DNA of 64,000 bases from Octopus bimaculoides (lineage: Eukaryota): contig NC_068982.1 in assembly GCF_001194135.2 (NCBI RefSeq), positions 46,556,984 to 46,620,983 of the forward strand. Direction: 5' to 3'. Below the pieces are notes generated by a model. That model made no database searches. It saw nothing but the letters and a program-made list of their open reading frames with translations, and was not told the origin of the DNA. The translations under genes were made by a program, and so were the position numbers. How positions within the stretch are numbered: position 1 is the first letter of the stretch; the number at the start of each line of letters is the position of its first letter. Below are positions 62,855 to 64,000 of this stretch, one piece after another.

Positions 62855-64000
62855 AATGAATTAGGAAAAAAAAAAACTTTCAGGTAGTTTTTCAAAAAGT
62901 TTATATTTTGTAGAAATATTTCTAAAAACAAAAAAACAAAAAAACAAAAAAAAAAAACATAAAACAAAAAAAAACAAACAACCCAAAAAATTCTTACATA
63001 CTTATACAGAATAGAATAAATTTTAATCAGATTCAAATCATAAATTCAAGAGAAGTAGGATGTCAATATGAAACAATTCAAAAAAGGACATTAGAAGAGA
63101 AATATTCTTCGATTTTCCAGATTTCTGTAACAAAAAAAAAAAAAAAAAGAATGGTTTTGCTTAAAGGTCACTTGGTAGTCGTTAGCTTACTAATGTGAAG
63201 TTGGCACTGTTATTTGTATCTTCCAACACTTCTATTACACTTCATGTACTACTGTTTCATATGACATCCAGTGTAAAAGAAGTTGTTGCTCATGGGAACT
63301 AGCAGTCATAGTTGTTGAAAGAGAGAAGATAGAGAGAAAGATGGTGAAGTGAGTGAGTAGTTATAATAAAAATGCGAACAAAACTTTTGTGGTTTCCTTT
63401 GGGATTCAGAATGTCAAACAATAAAATGGCCATACTGTCAATAATATATTTGTCAATAATTCATAAAGAAATATCTTTTCTGAGATTGCATACATCCTTC
63501 AATTCAGCAACAAACAATGCAAAATCTTTGAAAGGAAGTTATTGAAAGATTTCTTTTGTTATCTATAAAGATGACATAACAAGCAAATATCACAGTTATT
63601 TATGTCCCAGCTCAACCTTAAATTTTGCTTTCTTGTTTACTTTCGTCCTTTCCAGTTATAAAAGTTGTGGTCAACATGAAAAAAATATTTAAGCTTCGTT
63701 ACAGCTTATATGAATAGTTTCCATCTGTACTTTTATCTCTTTTCTTCTGGTGGTAAGGGGAGACAATTGTGGTTATGGTGGAGTGGTTGTGCGTTTATAT
63801 GATCGAATAGCTGAATACAAACCATGGGTAACTTTCGATTTCTTTGCTAGAATTTGTTTATGTCGAGGCTTGGTATGAAGCATACTGCATTTATAGATTA
63901 GGGGCGCAGGGGCAGAAGTAATCATCAAACTGTGACTCCATGAAGTAGAAAACTTGGGTAGATCTGAAAGAAATATATGCACATTAAACAGAAGATTCAA

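Overview
AT-rich, microsatellite- and SINE-dense eukaryotic scaffold with many N gaps. The repeat families look like those of an octopod cephalopod (Octopus-like); this is inferred from recalled repeat sequences, not a database search. The one confidently identified gene is pygopus (+ strand). Its terminal exon (40248-40706) encodes the NPF motif and a canonical Pygo PHD finger. I propose exon 1 at 962-998 and exon 2 at 21375-21439, giving a frame-consistent and unusually short 186-aa protein over about 40 kb. A second, unrecognised spliced gene probably runs on the minus strand toward pygo (candidate exons 43914-44056 and 45924-45989), with a CpG-rich promoter-like region at about 55.9-56.6 kb. 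Most of the rest is mobile DNA: several tRNA-derived and RTE-tailed SINE families, a piggyBac-type MITE family, Tc1/mariner-type MITEs, a Merlin/IS1595-like element with an 8-bp TSD, and relics of Penelope-like, CR1-group and R4/Dong-like retroelements. The most striking hidden signal is six minimal type-I hammerhead-ribozyme-like motifs from three sequence families. Four sit as two adjacent inverted pairs at 46.7-47.0 kb. Five of the six carry a transition at the same C11.1-G12 CpG.
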